This document shows positions 31,875 to 41,233 of a stretch of DNA of 64,000 bases, piece by piece. The position numbers and the translations under genes are program-made. Every line of letters begins with the position of its first letter. The stretch's first letter is position 1. The stretch lies in NCBI GenBank assembly GCA_947474495.1, contig CANJIM010000004.1, positions 517-64,516 on the forward strand. Reading direction: 5' to 3'. The DNA comes from Rhodospirillaceae bacterium (lineage in GTDB: Bacteria; Pseudomonadota; Alphaproteobacteria; SMXQ01). The notes below the pieces were generated by a model. It saw nothing but the letters and a program-made list of their open reading frames with translations, was not told the origin of the DNA and ran no database searches.

Positions 31875-33362
31875 TTGCCATGGGCGTCAAGTTCTTCCAT
31901 ATCTAGCGCCGCGCCGACGGGGCGTTTGGGGGAACTCTTGTCCAAGCATAAAGACGACATTCGCCAGCATTTCGATGCCATCGCGCCATCGCGCGCCGCA
32001 TGGATCGAGAAGAACGCCTTTTTCTACGAATCCGACTGGCGCTACATGCGCTTCCTGATTCCCGAGGGCAAACGCGTTCTCGAACTCGGCTGCGGCAACG
32101 GCGCTCTGCTCGCGCGGCTGCGCCCGTCGCGCGGCGTCGGCATCGACATCAGCCCGCGTATGATCGAGCGGGCGAAGCTCGACTTTCCCAACCTTGAATT
32201 CGTCGTCGGCGACATCGAGGACGCCGCCACCCTGGCGGCGCTGCCCGGCCCGTTCGATTACGTCGTGCTGTCGGACACGCTCGGCAACCTCGAAGACTGC
32301 CAGGCCATGCTCGACCGCCTGCACCAGGTCTGCCACAGCGAAACGCGCATCGTCTGCGCCTATTATTCGCCGCTGTGGGAGCCGGTGATGACGCTGGCGG
32401 AAAAGGCCGGCGGCAAGATGCCGCAGCCGCAGCAGAACTGGTTCTCCGCCGAGGATATCGCCGCCCTGCTCGATCTCGGCGACTTCGACGTGGTGCGGCG
32501 CGAATGGCGCCAGCTGCTGCCCAAGCGGGCCTTCGGCCTCGGCTGGCTGGTGAACTCGACGCTGGCGGCGCTGCCGCTGCTGCGCCGGCTCTGCCTGCGC
32601 CATTATGTCGTCGCCCGTTCGATGCGCCATGTCAGCCCGGACGCGCCCTCGGTCACCGTCGTCGTGCCCTGCCGCAACGAGCGCGGCAATATCGAAGCGG
32701 CGGTGACGCGCACGCCGAAGCTCGGTCCCAAGCAAGAAATCATCTTCGTCGAAGGCAACAGCAACGACGGCACCTATGAGGAATGCCTGCGCGTGCAGGC
32801 GGCCTACCCCGATCACAGCATTCGCGTGATGAAGCAGGAAGGCCGCGGCAAGGGCGACGCCGTGCGCAAAGGCTTTGCCGCCGCCGAAGGCGATATCCTG
32901 ATGATTCTCGATGCGGACCTCACCGTGCCGCCGGAATCGCTGCCCAAATTCGTCGCCGCCATCGCCTCGGGCAAGGGCGAGTTCGTCAACGGCACGCGGC
33001 TGGTCTATCCGTTCGAGAAGGGCGCCATGCGCTTCTTGAACTTCCTCGCCAATCGTAGCTTCGCGGCGATCTTCTCCTGGCTGCTCGATCAGCGCTTCAC
33101 CGACACCCTGTGCGGCACCAAGGTGCTGCGCAAGCGCGACTACGACCAGATCGTCGCCAACCGCGCCTATTTCGGCGATTTCGATCCGTTCGGCGATTTC
33201 GATCTGATCTTCGGCGCCGCCAAGCTGAGCCTCAAGGTCGTCGAAGTGCCGATCCGCTACGCCGACCGCACCTATGGCGAAACCAACATCTCGCGCTTCC
33301 GCCACGGCTGGCTGCTGCTGCGCATGGTGGCCTTTGCCTTCCGCAAGATGAAGGTCGCGTGA
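31875..33362 (+). CDS. Bifunctional class I SAM-methyltransferase::GT2 (DPM1/ArnC/GtrB-like polyprenyl-phosphate glycosyltransferase) fusion protein. The likely true start is the TTG at 31938, which is preceded by GGGGGAA.
   Basis: N-terminal domain has VLELGCGNGALL (MTase motif I). C-terminal domain has VVVPCRNERGNI, ILDADLT and DTLCGTK, typical of GT2 Dpm1-like enzymes. Confidence 0.75.
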   Translation: MPWASSSSISSAAPTGRLGELLSKHKDDIRQHFDAIAPSRAAWIEKNAFFYESDWRYMRFLIPEGKRVLELGCGNGALLARLRPSRGVGIDISPRMIERAKLDFPNLEFVVGDIEDAATLAALPGPFDYVVLSDTLGNLEDCQAMLDRLHQVCHSETRIVCAYYSPLWEPVMTLAEKAGGKMPQPQQNWFSAEDIAALLDLGDFDVVRREWRQLLPKRAFGLGWLVNSTLAALPLLRRLCLRHYVVARSMRHVSPDAPSVTVVVPCRNERGNIEAAVTRTPKLGPKQEIIFVEGNSNDGTYEECLRVQAAYPDHSIRVMKQEGRGKGDAVRKGFAAAEGDILMILDADLTVPPESLPKFVAAIASGKGEFVNGTRLVYPFEKGAMRFLNFLANRSFAAIFSWLLDQRFTDTLCGTKVLRKRDYDQIVANRAYFGDFDPFGDFDLIFGAAKLSLKVVEVPIRYADRTYGETNISRFRHGWLLLRMVAFAFRKMKVA

Positions 33363-34096
33363 CGGGCGACATGCAGAGCGTCGGCGACATCTTCGCTGGC
33401 CATCGCCGCGCCTGGGACAAGAAGCGCGCGCTGCGGCTCTATTACCAGCGTGAGATCTTCGAGCGCATCGTCGCGCAATTGCGTCCCGGTCCGACGCTGG
33501 AGATCGGCACCGGGCCCGGCTTCTTCGCCGATTATCATCCCGGCATGACCGGGCTCGATATCGCCGCCTTTCATCCCGGCGTCATTCCCGGCGACGTGCA
33601 TGACATGCCGTTTCCTGATGCCAGCTTCGCCAATGTCGTCGGCGTCGATGTGCTGCATCATCTGGCCAAGCCCGGCCGCGCCTTGAGCGAAATCGCCCGC
33701 GTGCTGCAGCTGAACGGCCGGCTGGTGCTGGTCGAGCCGTGGACGGGCCCGGTCGGACGCTTGTTCTACCGTTACCTGCATCATGAAGATTGCAGCCCGG
33801 TCACGGAGCCTTGGACGCAGGCCTTCGCCGGCGGCAAGGATGCCATGGACGGCAACGCGATGATTCCCTGGACGCTGTTCGCTGCACGGCTCGGTGAATT
33901 GTCGGCGCATGCGCCGCTGCGCCTCGCTTATTGCCAGCCGTTCGGTATCGCCGCCTATGCGGCGACCGGCGGCTTCAAGGACATCGGCCTGCCCTGGCCG
34001 GTGATCGATGCCTTGTGCCGCATCGAAGCCCTGTTGCCGGACGAGATCCACCGCGTCGCGGCGCTGCGCGCCCTGTTCGTCTTGGAGCGGCTTTAA
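33359..34096 (+). CDS. Class I SAM-dependent methyltransferase (Methyltransf_11-like)
   Basis: TLEIGTGPGFFA motif I. The GTG start overlaps the upstream stop (GTGA). Confidence 0.65.
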   Translation: MTGDMQSVGDIFAGHRRAWDKKRALRLYYQREIFERIVAQLRPGPTLEIGTGPGFFADYHPGMTGLDIAAFHPGVIPGDVHDMPFPDASFANVVGVDVLHHLAKPGRALSEIARVLQLNGRLVLVEPWTGPVGRLFYRYLHHEDCSPVTEPWTQAFAGGKDAMDGNAMIPWTLFAARLGELSAHAPLRLAYCQPFGIAAYAATGGFKDIGLPWPVIDALCRIEALLPDEIHRVAALRALFVLERL

Positions 34097-35907
34097 GGCG
34101 CGAGGGTTGCCAGCTCCGGCAGCGCCGGATCGCGCCGCAGGCAGAGCGCGGCGGGGCCGGGCGGCAGCCCCGTCGTTGGCGAGGCCGTCAGCCAGACCGG
34201 GTTTGCGAGCGGCGAAACCGCGAGGCCGATCTGGGTCGGCGCATCGTCGGCGATTCGGTTCATCAACGGATTCTTCCAGATGTTCGTCGCGCGCACCGAC
34301 GCCGCGCGGAGGCCCCGGCAATCCGCCGCGCCGATCGGACAGATGGTCACCGCCGCCGCGACCCCGCCGGAAAACATCTCGCTGCCATCCGGGCAGCGAC
34401 GCTCCGACGTCAGGATGCCGCGCGGTTCGTGAAGAAGCGCGACGACGATGGGCAGCAGCAAAAGACAGGCGAGCCCCGCCGCCAGCGGTGGCGCGGCGGC
34501 CACCGCCGCCGTTGCCGTGAAGCTCGTCTTGGCCAGCCAGCGTTGCGCGACATAGGTGCCGACGGCGACGAAGGCGGCGCTGAAGCCGTGGGTCGCGGCG
34601 AAGACGCGGCTGCCGCCGTCGCCGAGGAACGGCACCGACAGCAGAATGCCGGCGAGGCCGGCCAGCAGCAGCGCCGAGAGATTGGCGCTGCGGGTGCGCC
34701 AGCAGGCGCCGACGCCGACCAGCGCCAGCAGCAGCACCAACCCGCGCAGCAGCATGTTCGGCACATATTTGTGCCAGCCGGTGTTGATCAGGAAATCGTT
34801 GTAGCGTGCGCCGATGCCCTTGATGAGATCGAATGGCGCCGCCTGCATATGGGCCACGGCGGCGCGATAGGCGCCGGCCGCCTGTTCGGCTTCGCTCATG
34901 CCGAGATAGTGCGGGAAATCGACGAAGAACCGCGTCCAGGGCTCGCCGCCGATGGCCAAGCCGTACAGCGTATAAGCAAAATTGCTGAAGGCGAGCTGGT
35001 CGGGCGCGCCGACCAGAATCGTCAAAGCCTTGTTGGCGGCGAAGCCGACGGCACAGGCCGCGAGGCCGAGTCCGGTCAGCGGCCAGGAGAGCCGGCTACC
35101 CGCGGCGCGAAAGCGCCAGCCGCACCATAGCGCGAGCGCCGGCAAGGCGAACAAGGCCCCGGCGCGCGTCACCAGAGCGCAGCTGAGAAGCGCGAGGCCA
35201 ATGAGGACAAGAACGCGCCGGCCCGACGTGGCCCCGTCGGCGAGCAGCACGAAGGCGGCGCCGCCGAGCGCGAAGCCGAGATTTTCCGACATCGTCGTGC
35301 CGAGCGTCAGATGTATGAAGGCGAACAGCGCGGCAAAGGCGGCGGCGGCGCTGGCGAAGCCGAAGCGGCGGAACAGGCTCGCCGTCACCAGCAGGGCAGC
35401 TGCCATGCTGCCGGCGCTGAGGATCACCACGCTGCGGCGCAAGCCATCCGCCGTGAGCGCGAACAGACCGGCGAGCTGCGTCGTCGCAAAGGGCCGCCGC
35501 GTCGTCCATTCACTCAGGCGTCCGCTATCGAGATAGCGCATGGCGCCGTCGTAATAGTTCTGCGCGTCGGAGGCGGGCAGCAGGCCGAAGAACAGCACGT
35601 CGCTGCTGACGCCGCTGTCCATCTTCAAGGCGAGGGCGATGCCGAAGGCGGCAGCGCCAAGCGCGAGAGCGATAAAGGGGGCCGTGGCGGCGAAGCTGTT
35701 GCCGATCTCATATCGCATGCGTTGAAGGACGATGGCGACGGCGGCGGCGCACAAGGCGGCGCCGACGACCACATTGGCGAATTGCAAAGCCAGCCAGGGC
35801 GCGTCGAACAGCGGACGGCCGATCACGCCGCCGCCATAGCGCGACGCCAGCAGCGGTGCTAGAAAGGCGCCGAGGGCGAGCGCGGCGGCGGCGAGGGCGC
35901 GCCTCAC
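34093..35907 (-). CDS. Large polytopic membrane protein, putative GT-C-fold (ArnT/PMT/GtrC-like) glycosyltransferase. The start is the GTG at 35907, which overlaps the stop of the upstream gene.
   Basis: ~604 aa with more than 12 predicted hydrophobic helices and large loops. The first ~295 codons of the track ORF 34093..36792 are a frame artefact over the flippase-like gene. Confidence 0.5.
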   Translation of the reverse strand: MRRALAAAALALGAFLAPLLASRYGGGVIGRPLFDAPWLALQFANVVVGAALCAAAVAIVLQRMRYEIGNSFAATAPFIALALGAAAFGIALALKMDSGVSSDVLFFGLLPASDAQNYYDGAMRYLDSGRLSEWTTRRPFATTQLAGLFALTADGLRRSVVILSAGSMAAALLVTASLFRRFGFASAAAAFAALFAFIHLTLGTTMSENLGFALGGAAFVLLADGATSGRRVLVLIGLALLSCALVTRAGALFALPALALWCGWRFRAAGSRLSWPLTGLGLAACAVGFAANKALTILVGAPDQLAFSNFAYTLYGLAIGGEPWTRFFVDFPHYLGMSEAEQAAGAYRAAVAHMQAAPFDLIKGIGARYNDFLINTGWHKYVPNMLLRGLVLLLALVGVGACWRTRSANLSALLLAGLAGILLSVPFLGDGGSRVFAATHGFSAAFVAVGTYVAQRWLAKTSFTATAAVAAAPPLAAGLACLLLLPIVVALLHEPRGILTSERRCPDGSEMFSGGVAAAVTICPIGAADCRGLRAASVRATNIWKNPLMNRIADDAPTQIGLAVSPLANPVWLTASPTTGLPPGPAALCLRRDPALPELATLAP

Positions 35908-36857
35908 GAGGGCTGCTCCCCAGGACGGACAGGCAGCTTCAACCACAGGATCGCGCCGGGCAGGCTCGCCGCCAGGATCATCAGGCCGAAAGCGATCGAC
36001 GCGGCGAGAATGTCGCTGTCGGGCCAATCCATGCCGGTCAAGGCGACGACCATCGCGCCTTCGCGCAAGCCCCAGCCGGCGACCGACACGGGGATCATGG
36101 TGATCAGCATGACCATGGGCACGACGGCGAGGCACAGCCAGGCCGAGATCGGCAGGCCCAAGGCGCGGAACAGCAGGAAGAAGATGGCAACGCTCAGCAG
36201 ATGAATGACGAGGCCGAGCGCCAGGGCCAGCCCGGCGGCGCGGCCATCGGCGAAGAGGTGGCGGCCGGTGGCGGCGAGGCTGGCGAGCCACGGCCAGCGG
36301 CCGAGCAGCTTGTCGCAAAAGGCGCTGGCGCGCCCGAGAGTCAGGAACAGCAGGGCCGCGCCCCACGCCGCCGCGAGCAGGAGGATCGCGCTGATGCGCA
36401 GCGTCTCGTTCGGCAACAGGGCGAGGAATTGCGCGAAGCCGACGAGAATCAGCAGGGTCAAGGCGATCACGCCGATGACGCGGTCGAGCAAGGCGGCCTC
36501 GACGGCGCGGCCTAGCGTCATGCCGCGGCGGGTCAGCAGCCAGGCGCGGATCGCGTCGCCGCTGATGAAGGTGACGAGCAGTTGGCTGAAGAAGCCGCCG
36601 ACCAGGGTGGCGCGCAAGGCAAAGCCTTGGCTGATGCGGGCGCCGCACAGGCCGACGACCAGCACGAAGCGCCAGCCGGCGATCGCCACCTGAAGGAAGG
36701 CCAGCAGCAAGGCGGCAGCAACGATGGCCGGATCGAAGCGGCCGAGCGCAGCGAAGGCGTCGCCGAGATCGACGCGCGTCGACAGCCACCACAGCAGCGC
36801 CGCCGTCAAACCGACCTTGCCGGCGATGGCCGCGCCGGCGACGACCCGCTTGTTCAT
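35904..36857 (-). CDS. Flippase-like / lysylphosphatidylglycerol-synthase-TM-domain (UPF0104, YbhN-like) membrane protein
   Basis: Eight hydrophobic segments; WLLTRRGMTLGRAVEAALLDRVIGVIAL is typical of LPG_synth_TM-family proteins that accompany GT2 enzymes. Confidence 0.6.
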   Translation of the reverse strand: MNKRVVAGAAIAGKVGLTAALLWWLSTRVDLGDAFAALGRFDPAIVAAALLLAFLQVAIAGWRFVLVVGLCGARISQGFALRATLVGGFFSQLLVTFISGDAIRAWLLTRRGMTLGRAVEAALLDRVIGVIALTLLILVGFAQFLALLPNETLRISAILLLAAAWGAALLFLTLGRASAFCDKLLGRWPWLASLAATGRHLFADGRAAGLALALGLVIHLLSVAIFFLLFRALGLPISAWLCLAVVPMVMLITMIPVSVAGWGLREGAMVVALTGMDWPDSDILAASIAFGLMILAASLPGAILWLKLPVRPGEQPS

Positions 36858-36879
36858 TGGCGCGCCGCTTCGAACAGGC

Positions 36880-37674
36880 TCATTTGAGCGTCACGACGAC
36901 GGGCACATGATCGGACGGCTGCGACCAACCGCGCGCGGCTCGCAGCACCTCCATGCCCTTCAGCCGGCTTTCGAGCGCGCCCGTCACCCAGACATGATCG
37001 AGCCGGCGGCCCTTGTCGGCCGCGTCCCAATCGGCGGCGCGATAGCTCCACCAGGTGTAGAGCTTCTCGTGGGGTGGCACGAACTTGCGCATGGCGTCGA
37101 TAAATTTGTGCGAGCGCTGCACCTCGCCGAACTTCTCGACCTCGATCGGCGTGTGACTGACGACCTTGAGCAACGCCTTGTGGGACCAGACGTCGTCTTC
37201 GAGTGGCGCGATGTTGAGATCGCCGACGACGATCATCTTGTTGTTCGGATTGGACCGCGCCGCAAACCAATTGCGCATCTCGTCGAGGAATTGCAGCTTG
37301 TGCTTGAACTTCACGTTGAGCGCCGGATCGGGAATGTCGCCGCCCGCCGGCACGTAGAAGTTATGAATCTCGGTGCCGTCGGCGAGCACGGCGATGGTGT
37401 GGCGGCAATCGTCCTTGTCGCACCAGCGGGTCTGATCGCCGGGCGTGAAGGGAATGCGCGAGAGGATGGCGGTGCCGTTGTAGCTCTTCTGGCCATGGGC
37501 ATGGATATGCTCGAAGCCGAGGGCTTTCAGGCTATCGAACGGAAAATCCGTCTGCTGCGCCTTGGTTTCCTGCAGGCAGAGAATGTCGATTTTCGCTTCG
37601 CCGATCAGCTTCTGCACCAGTGGCAGACGCAAGCGAACTGAATTGACATTCCAGGTGGCGACGCGAAGCGGCAT
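36880..37674 (-). CDS. xthA: Exodeoxyribonuclease III
   Basis: MPLRVATWNVNSVRLR...DILCLQETK and the C-terminal SDHVPVVVTLK are canonical for Xth. Confidence 0.9.
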   Translation of the reverse strand: MPLRVATWNVNSVRLRLPLVQKLIGEAKIDILCLQETKAQQTDFPFDSLKALGFEHIHAHGQKSYNGTAILSRIPFTPGDQTRWCDKDDCRHTIAVLADGTEIHNFYVPAGGDIPDPALNVKFKHKLQFLDEMRNWFAARSNPNNKMIVVGDLNIAPLEDDVWSHKALLKVVSHTPIEVEKFGEVQRSHKFIDAMRKFVPPHEKLYTWWSYRAADWDAADKGRRLDHVWVTGALESRLKGMEVLRAARGWSQPSDHVPVVVTLK

Positions 37675-37684
37675 GGAAAACTTT

Positions 37685-38362
37685 CTAGGAAACGGGCGCG
37701 CCGATGGCGACGCGCAAATCGGTGAGGCCCTCGATCTGGCCGAGCAGGCTGTCGCCGGGCTGCAACTGCACCTCGCCGCTCGGCGTGCCGGTGAAGATCA
37801 GATCGCCCGGCAGCAACGCGACATATTTGGACAGCAGCGCAACGAGGTTCAGCGGCGACCAGGACATCTCCTCCAAGTCGCCTGCCTGCGCGCGCGCGCC
37901 GTTGACGTCGAGAGTGATAATGCCGCGCTCGGGATGGCCGATGTCGCTGGCGCGGTGCAGCGCGCCGATCGGCGAGGCGCCCGCGAAGGTCTTGGCCATG
38001 TCCCACGGCTGTCCAGCATTGCGTGCGGCGCGCTGCAGATCGCGCCGCGTCAGATCGAGGCCGACGGCATAGCCGTACACCGCGTCACGCGCTTCCTTGG
38101 CGGTGGTGAGGCCCCGCGCCGGCGTGCCGATGGCGACGACCAGTTCGATCTCCGGCTCGAACAATGCCGTTTGCGGCGGCATCGGCACGGTGGCGCCGTT
38201 GGCGGCCAGGCTCTGGGTCGACTTGGTGAAGACGGACGGCTCCGGCCGGTTCGGCCCGTAGGTGCCGGTGAAGGCGTAGATCGTGCGGACCGGGTAGCGG
38301 TGGGCGCTGCCGACCACGGGCAGGCCGGGGGTCGGCGGCGGATCGAAGAGGAAATCGGTCAC
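37685..38362 (-). CDS. Fumarylacetoacetate hydrolase (FAH) family protein
   Basis: KIIAVGRNY-like YAFTGTYGPN start, and DYEGELVVAIG-like EPEIELVVAIG and FTGTPSGE motifs. Confidence 0.75.
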   Translation of the reverse strand: MTDFLFDPPPTPGLPVVGSAHRYPVRTIYAFTGTYGPNRPEPSVFTKSTQSLAANGATVPMPPQTALFEPEIELVVAIGTPARGLTTAKEARDAVYGYAVGLDLTRRDLQRAARNAGQPWDMAKTFAGASPIGALHRASDIGHPERGIITLDVNGARAQAGDLEEMSWSPLNLVALLSKYVALLPGDLIFTGTPSGEVQLQPGDSLLGQIEGLTDLRVAIGAPVS

Positions 38363-38524
38363 GGAGCAATCCTGCGGGAAAGGCGGGTCTGTGGGGGACG
38401 GCGGGGGCGGATGAGAGCGGCAGATTAGATCGCCGCTATGCCCCGCGCCAGGGGCGCTTTTTTCACGTTCAGCGACGTGCTACCACCGACCAAGAGCACA
38501 GGTATCAGGCTAGGGAGCGCCCGC

Positions 38525-39157
38525 ATGATCAAGATTTTCGGTTACGAAAACTCCTCCAATTGCCAGAAGGTCACGTGGGCTTGCGACGAATTGGACATCC
38601 CCTTCGAATTCGACCTGACAGGCGGCACCCAGCCGCGCAACAGCAAGGATCCGGCCTATCTTTTGCTCAATCCCAACGGTCAGATTCCGACATTGCAGGA
38701 CGGTGAATTTCTCCTCTGGGAATCCAATTCCATCCTGCGCTACATCGACGAAAAATATGGCGCCGGCCGATTGATGCCGAAAACGCCGGAAGGCCGCGCC
38801 GTCGCCAACAAATGGATGGATTGGCAACTCGCCGCGCTTGGCGGTCCGATGGGCAATTTGTTCAACGCCACCTTGCGCACGCGCCCCGAGGCGCGCGACG
38901 TCGCCGCCATTGCCGCCGCCGGCGATCGCGCCGCCGCCATGTGGAAGCGCCTGGAGGCGAGCTTCGGGACCGATCCTTACGTCGCCGGCGAATTTTCGCT
39001 CGGCGACATCCCGCTCGGCATCATGGCGAACCGCTGGTATGCGATCCCCATCGCCAAACCGTCCTTGCCGAAGGTCGAAGCCTGGTTTGAGCGCTTGAAG
39101 GCGCGTCCCGCCTTCATCGAGCGGGTGATGAAAATTCCGCAGCCGGGCCCTAAGTAA
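38525..39157 (+). CDS. Glutathione S-transferase
   Basis: MIKIFGYENSSNCQKV GST N-terminal domain, ~210 aa. The track ORF begins at an upstream in-frame Met. Confidence 0.75.
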   Translation: MIKIFGYENSSNCQKVTWACDELDIPFEFDLTGGTQPRNSKDPAYLLLNPNGQIPTLQDGEFLLWESNSILRYIDEKYGAGRLMPKTPEGRAVANKWMDWQLAALGGPMGNLFNATLRTRPEARDVAAIAAAGDRAAAMWKRLEASFGTDPYVAGEFSLGDIPLGIMANRWYAIPIAKPSLPKVEAWFERLKARPAFIERVMKIPQPGPK

Positions 39158-39258
39158 ATCGGCCCCCCTCTTACGAGTAGGGGCGGCGAGTCCCCAAGCT
39201 TTTGCCCGCATTCCTTGATATAGCGCTCCCCCACATCGCGATGAACATCGGGGGATCA

Positions 39259-40164
39259 ATGCGAGTTTTGGCGTCGCGGGCGGCGCTCTCGATGGCGCTG
39301 GCGCTGTTCGGCAGCAGTGCCGCCTGGGCCCAGTTGCTCAAGCCCAATTCCTATCCGCCACCGAAGGACGGATTGATTCTGTTCGACATGCTGCGCCCCG
39401 TGGAGGCGCCGACGCTGCTGCACAGCTGGCGCGCGAACCTCGGCTATCAATATGGCGGCCTCGAATCGAAACTCGCCGGCCAGCCGGAGCGCCGCGATAT
39501 CAATACCGAAACGGTCGGCCTGAATGTTCGTGCCGGCGAGCGCGGCTTCGGCGGCCTCGATCTCAGCCTGTCGGACCAGACGCTGCAGCTGCAAGCCCAG
39601 GGCATCGTGACCAGCGCCGACGTCAACGAAGTCGGCATTCGCGCCACCGGCGGCTACATGCTGCTGCCGTTTCTCGCCGTTGGCGGTTCGGTCGGGCGCA
39701 ACAAACTGGATGGGACGTATCGTTTCGGCAGCGGCGCGCCGCTTGATCAAGCGAGCGGCGCGATCATGAGCTACAGCGCCTTCACCGCGTTGCTGCTTCC
39801 CATCGATCAGTGGAAAATCTCGCTGACCGGCGCCTATGTCTATGACGAGGCGTATCAATCTTTTGCCGACGGCACGCCAACGCAACAGAAAGCCTGGGCG
39901 CGCAACGCCACGGTGGTTGCGTCGGCGTTGCATCCCATCGTCGGGCGGCTCGATGGTGTGGTGAGCCTGGCGTGGAACTCGATCATCGACCAGCGCACCT
40001 TCCTGGCCAACCGCAACGTGGACGAGGATTGGCTGCGGCCATCCCTCGGCCTGGTCTATCGTGTGAACGATCAGACCGCCGTTAGCCTGGTCGCCAGCAC
40101 CTACTTGATGAATGACGCCTACAACTACGAAAGCGTCTCGCTCGGCGTCAGCTACAAGTTCTAA
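39259..40164 (+). CDS. Putative outer-membrane beta-barrel protein
   Basis: Signal peptide MRVLASRAALSMALALFGSSAAWA, alternating-hydrophobic beta-strand pattern, C-terminal YKF. Confidence 0.5.
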   Translation: MRVLASRAALSMALALFGSSAAWAQLLKPNSYPPPKDGLILFDMLRPVEAPTLLHSWRANLGYQYGGLESKLAGQPERRDINTETVGLNVRAGERGFGGLDLSLSDQTLQLQAQGIVTSADVNEVGIRATGGYMLLPFLAVGGSVGRNKLDGTYRFGSGAPLDQASGAIMSYSAFTALLLPIDQWKISLTGAYVYDEAYQSFADGTPTQQKAWARNATVVASALHPIVGRLDGVVSLAWNSIIDQRTFLANRNVDEDWLRPSLGLVYRVNDQTAVSLVASTYLMNDAYNYESVSLGVSYKF

Positions 40165-40442
40165 GCCCAGCCTAAAAAGCGAACGCCCGGCGGGAGGGGG
40201 ATCCGCCGGGCGTTCAGGGCTCCTAGGAGCCGCGGAAATGTCAGGGGAAACATTTCCGGGCAAGGCCGATGGCCTCGCGTTAGGTCTTAGATAAGACGCC
40301 TTACGGAGCAATCAAGAGAGACGTGACAAACCCGACTTTCCCGCCAAGCCATTACGTTTAAATGACATTTGGTAAAACCCGCGCGCTGCGCCGGATTTCG
40401 TGATCGGCCGTCAGACGTGTCAATCTCTCCGACCCCGCGCGC

Positions 40443-41108
40443 TTAATTCTCGCGCCAGTCCTTGGGTCGGTCCCAGCCGAACAGCTTGGGATCGACCGGC
40501 GCACCGAATTGCGGGTCCATCAGGCTGATGCGGGTCGTGTGGCCTTGGCCGTCAACCACGCTCCATTGCCGCAACTGCAGCGGCGCGTCGCTGAACACCA
40601 AAGTGAGCTGGCCGGCCTCGCGCTCATTGGTCTGGGCCAGCGTCACGCGGATCGCGCCTTTTTCTTTCTCGAAGGCGGTGACGGTGACGTCGCCTGAGAG
40701 GCGGATCGTCTCACGCACGAGAAAGCCGGCAAGGCTGGCATCGAGCGGGATGTAGCTCGCCTGCTTCAGCGCCTTCTCGACATAGACCAGGAAGCTGCCG
40801 TTGGTGACAATGAGATGGGGCGAGGGCGGCGCATATTCGATGCGCATCTTGCCCGGCCGCTGGATGGCGACGAAGCCTTGCGCCGTCGCGCCGTTGCCGG
40901 CGGTCTGCAGGAAGTCCGAGCGCAGGGTGCGGATGCCATTCATATAGGCCTCAACGCGGGCGAGATCGGCCTTCTGCTCGGCGTTGAGTGGCGCCGGCAC
41001 CGCCTTGGCGGCGAAGGCGAGGGGCGCCGGCAGGGCGAGGGCGGCGGCGCTCGCCAGCAAGCCGATCAGCAGGGCGCGACGCGAGATATGCGAAGAGGTC
41101 GAGTTCAT
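40443..41108 (-). CDS. lolA: Outer-membrane lipoprotein carrier protein LolA family
   Basis: ~220 aa with a signal peptide and a conserved position immediately downstream of ftsK. Confidence 0.65.
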   Translation of the reverse strand: MNSTSSHISRRALLIGLLASAAALALPAPLAFAAKAVPAPLNAEQKADLARVEAYMNGIRTLRSDFLQTAGNGATAQGFVAIQRPGKMRIEYAPPSPHLIVTNGSFLVYVEKALKQASYIPLDASLAGFLVRETIRLSGDVTVTAFEKEKGAIRVTLAQTNEREAGQLTLVFSDAPLQLRQWSVVDGQGHTTRISLMDPQFGAPVDPKLFGWDRPKDWREN

Positions 41109-41233
41109 GGAGACGACTTAACCGGAGAAAATGGCGGAAATAAGCGCTTCGGGCTGGCGCTAGGAATAAACGCCGAAAGCTTAACTGCGTTCCTCGATAT
41201 CGCTCCGTGAGGAGCGTTCCTCAACATCCCCCC

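Noticed and set aside
35908-36792. N-terminal ~295 codons of the 899-aa minus-strand ORF 34093..36792
   Set aside because: This part is an out-of-frame overlap of the flippase-like gene 35904..36857 and is Arg/Pro-rich junk. The real start is the GTG at 35907, coupled to the upstream stop.
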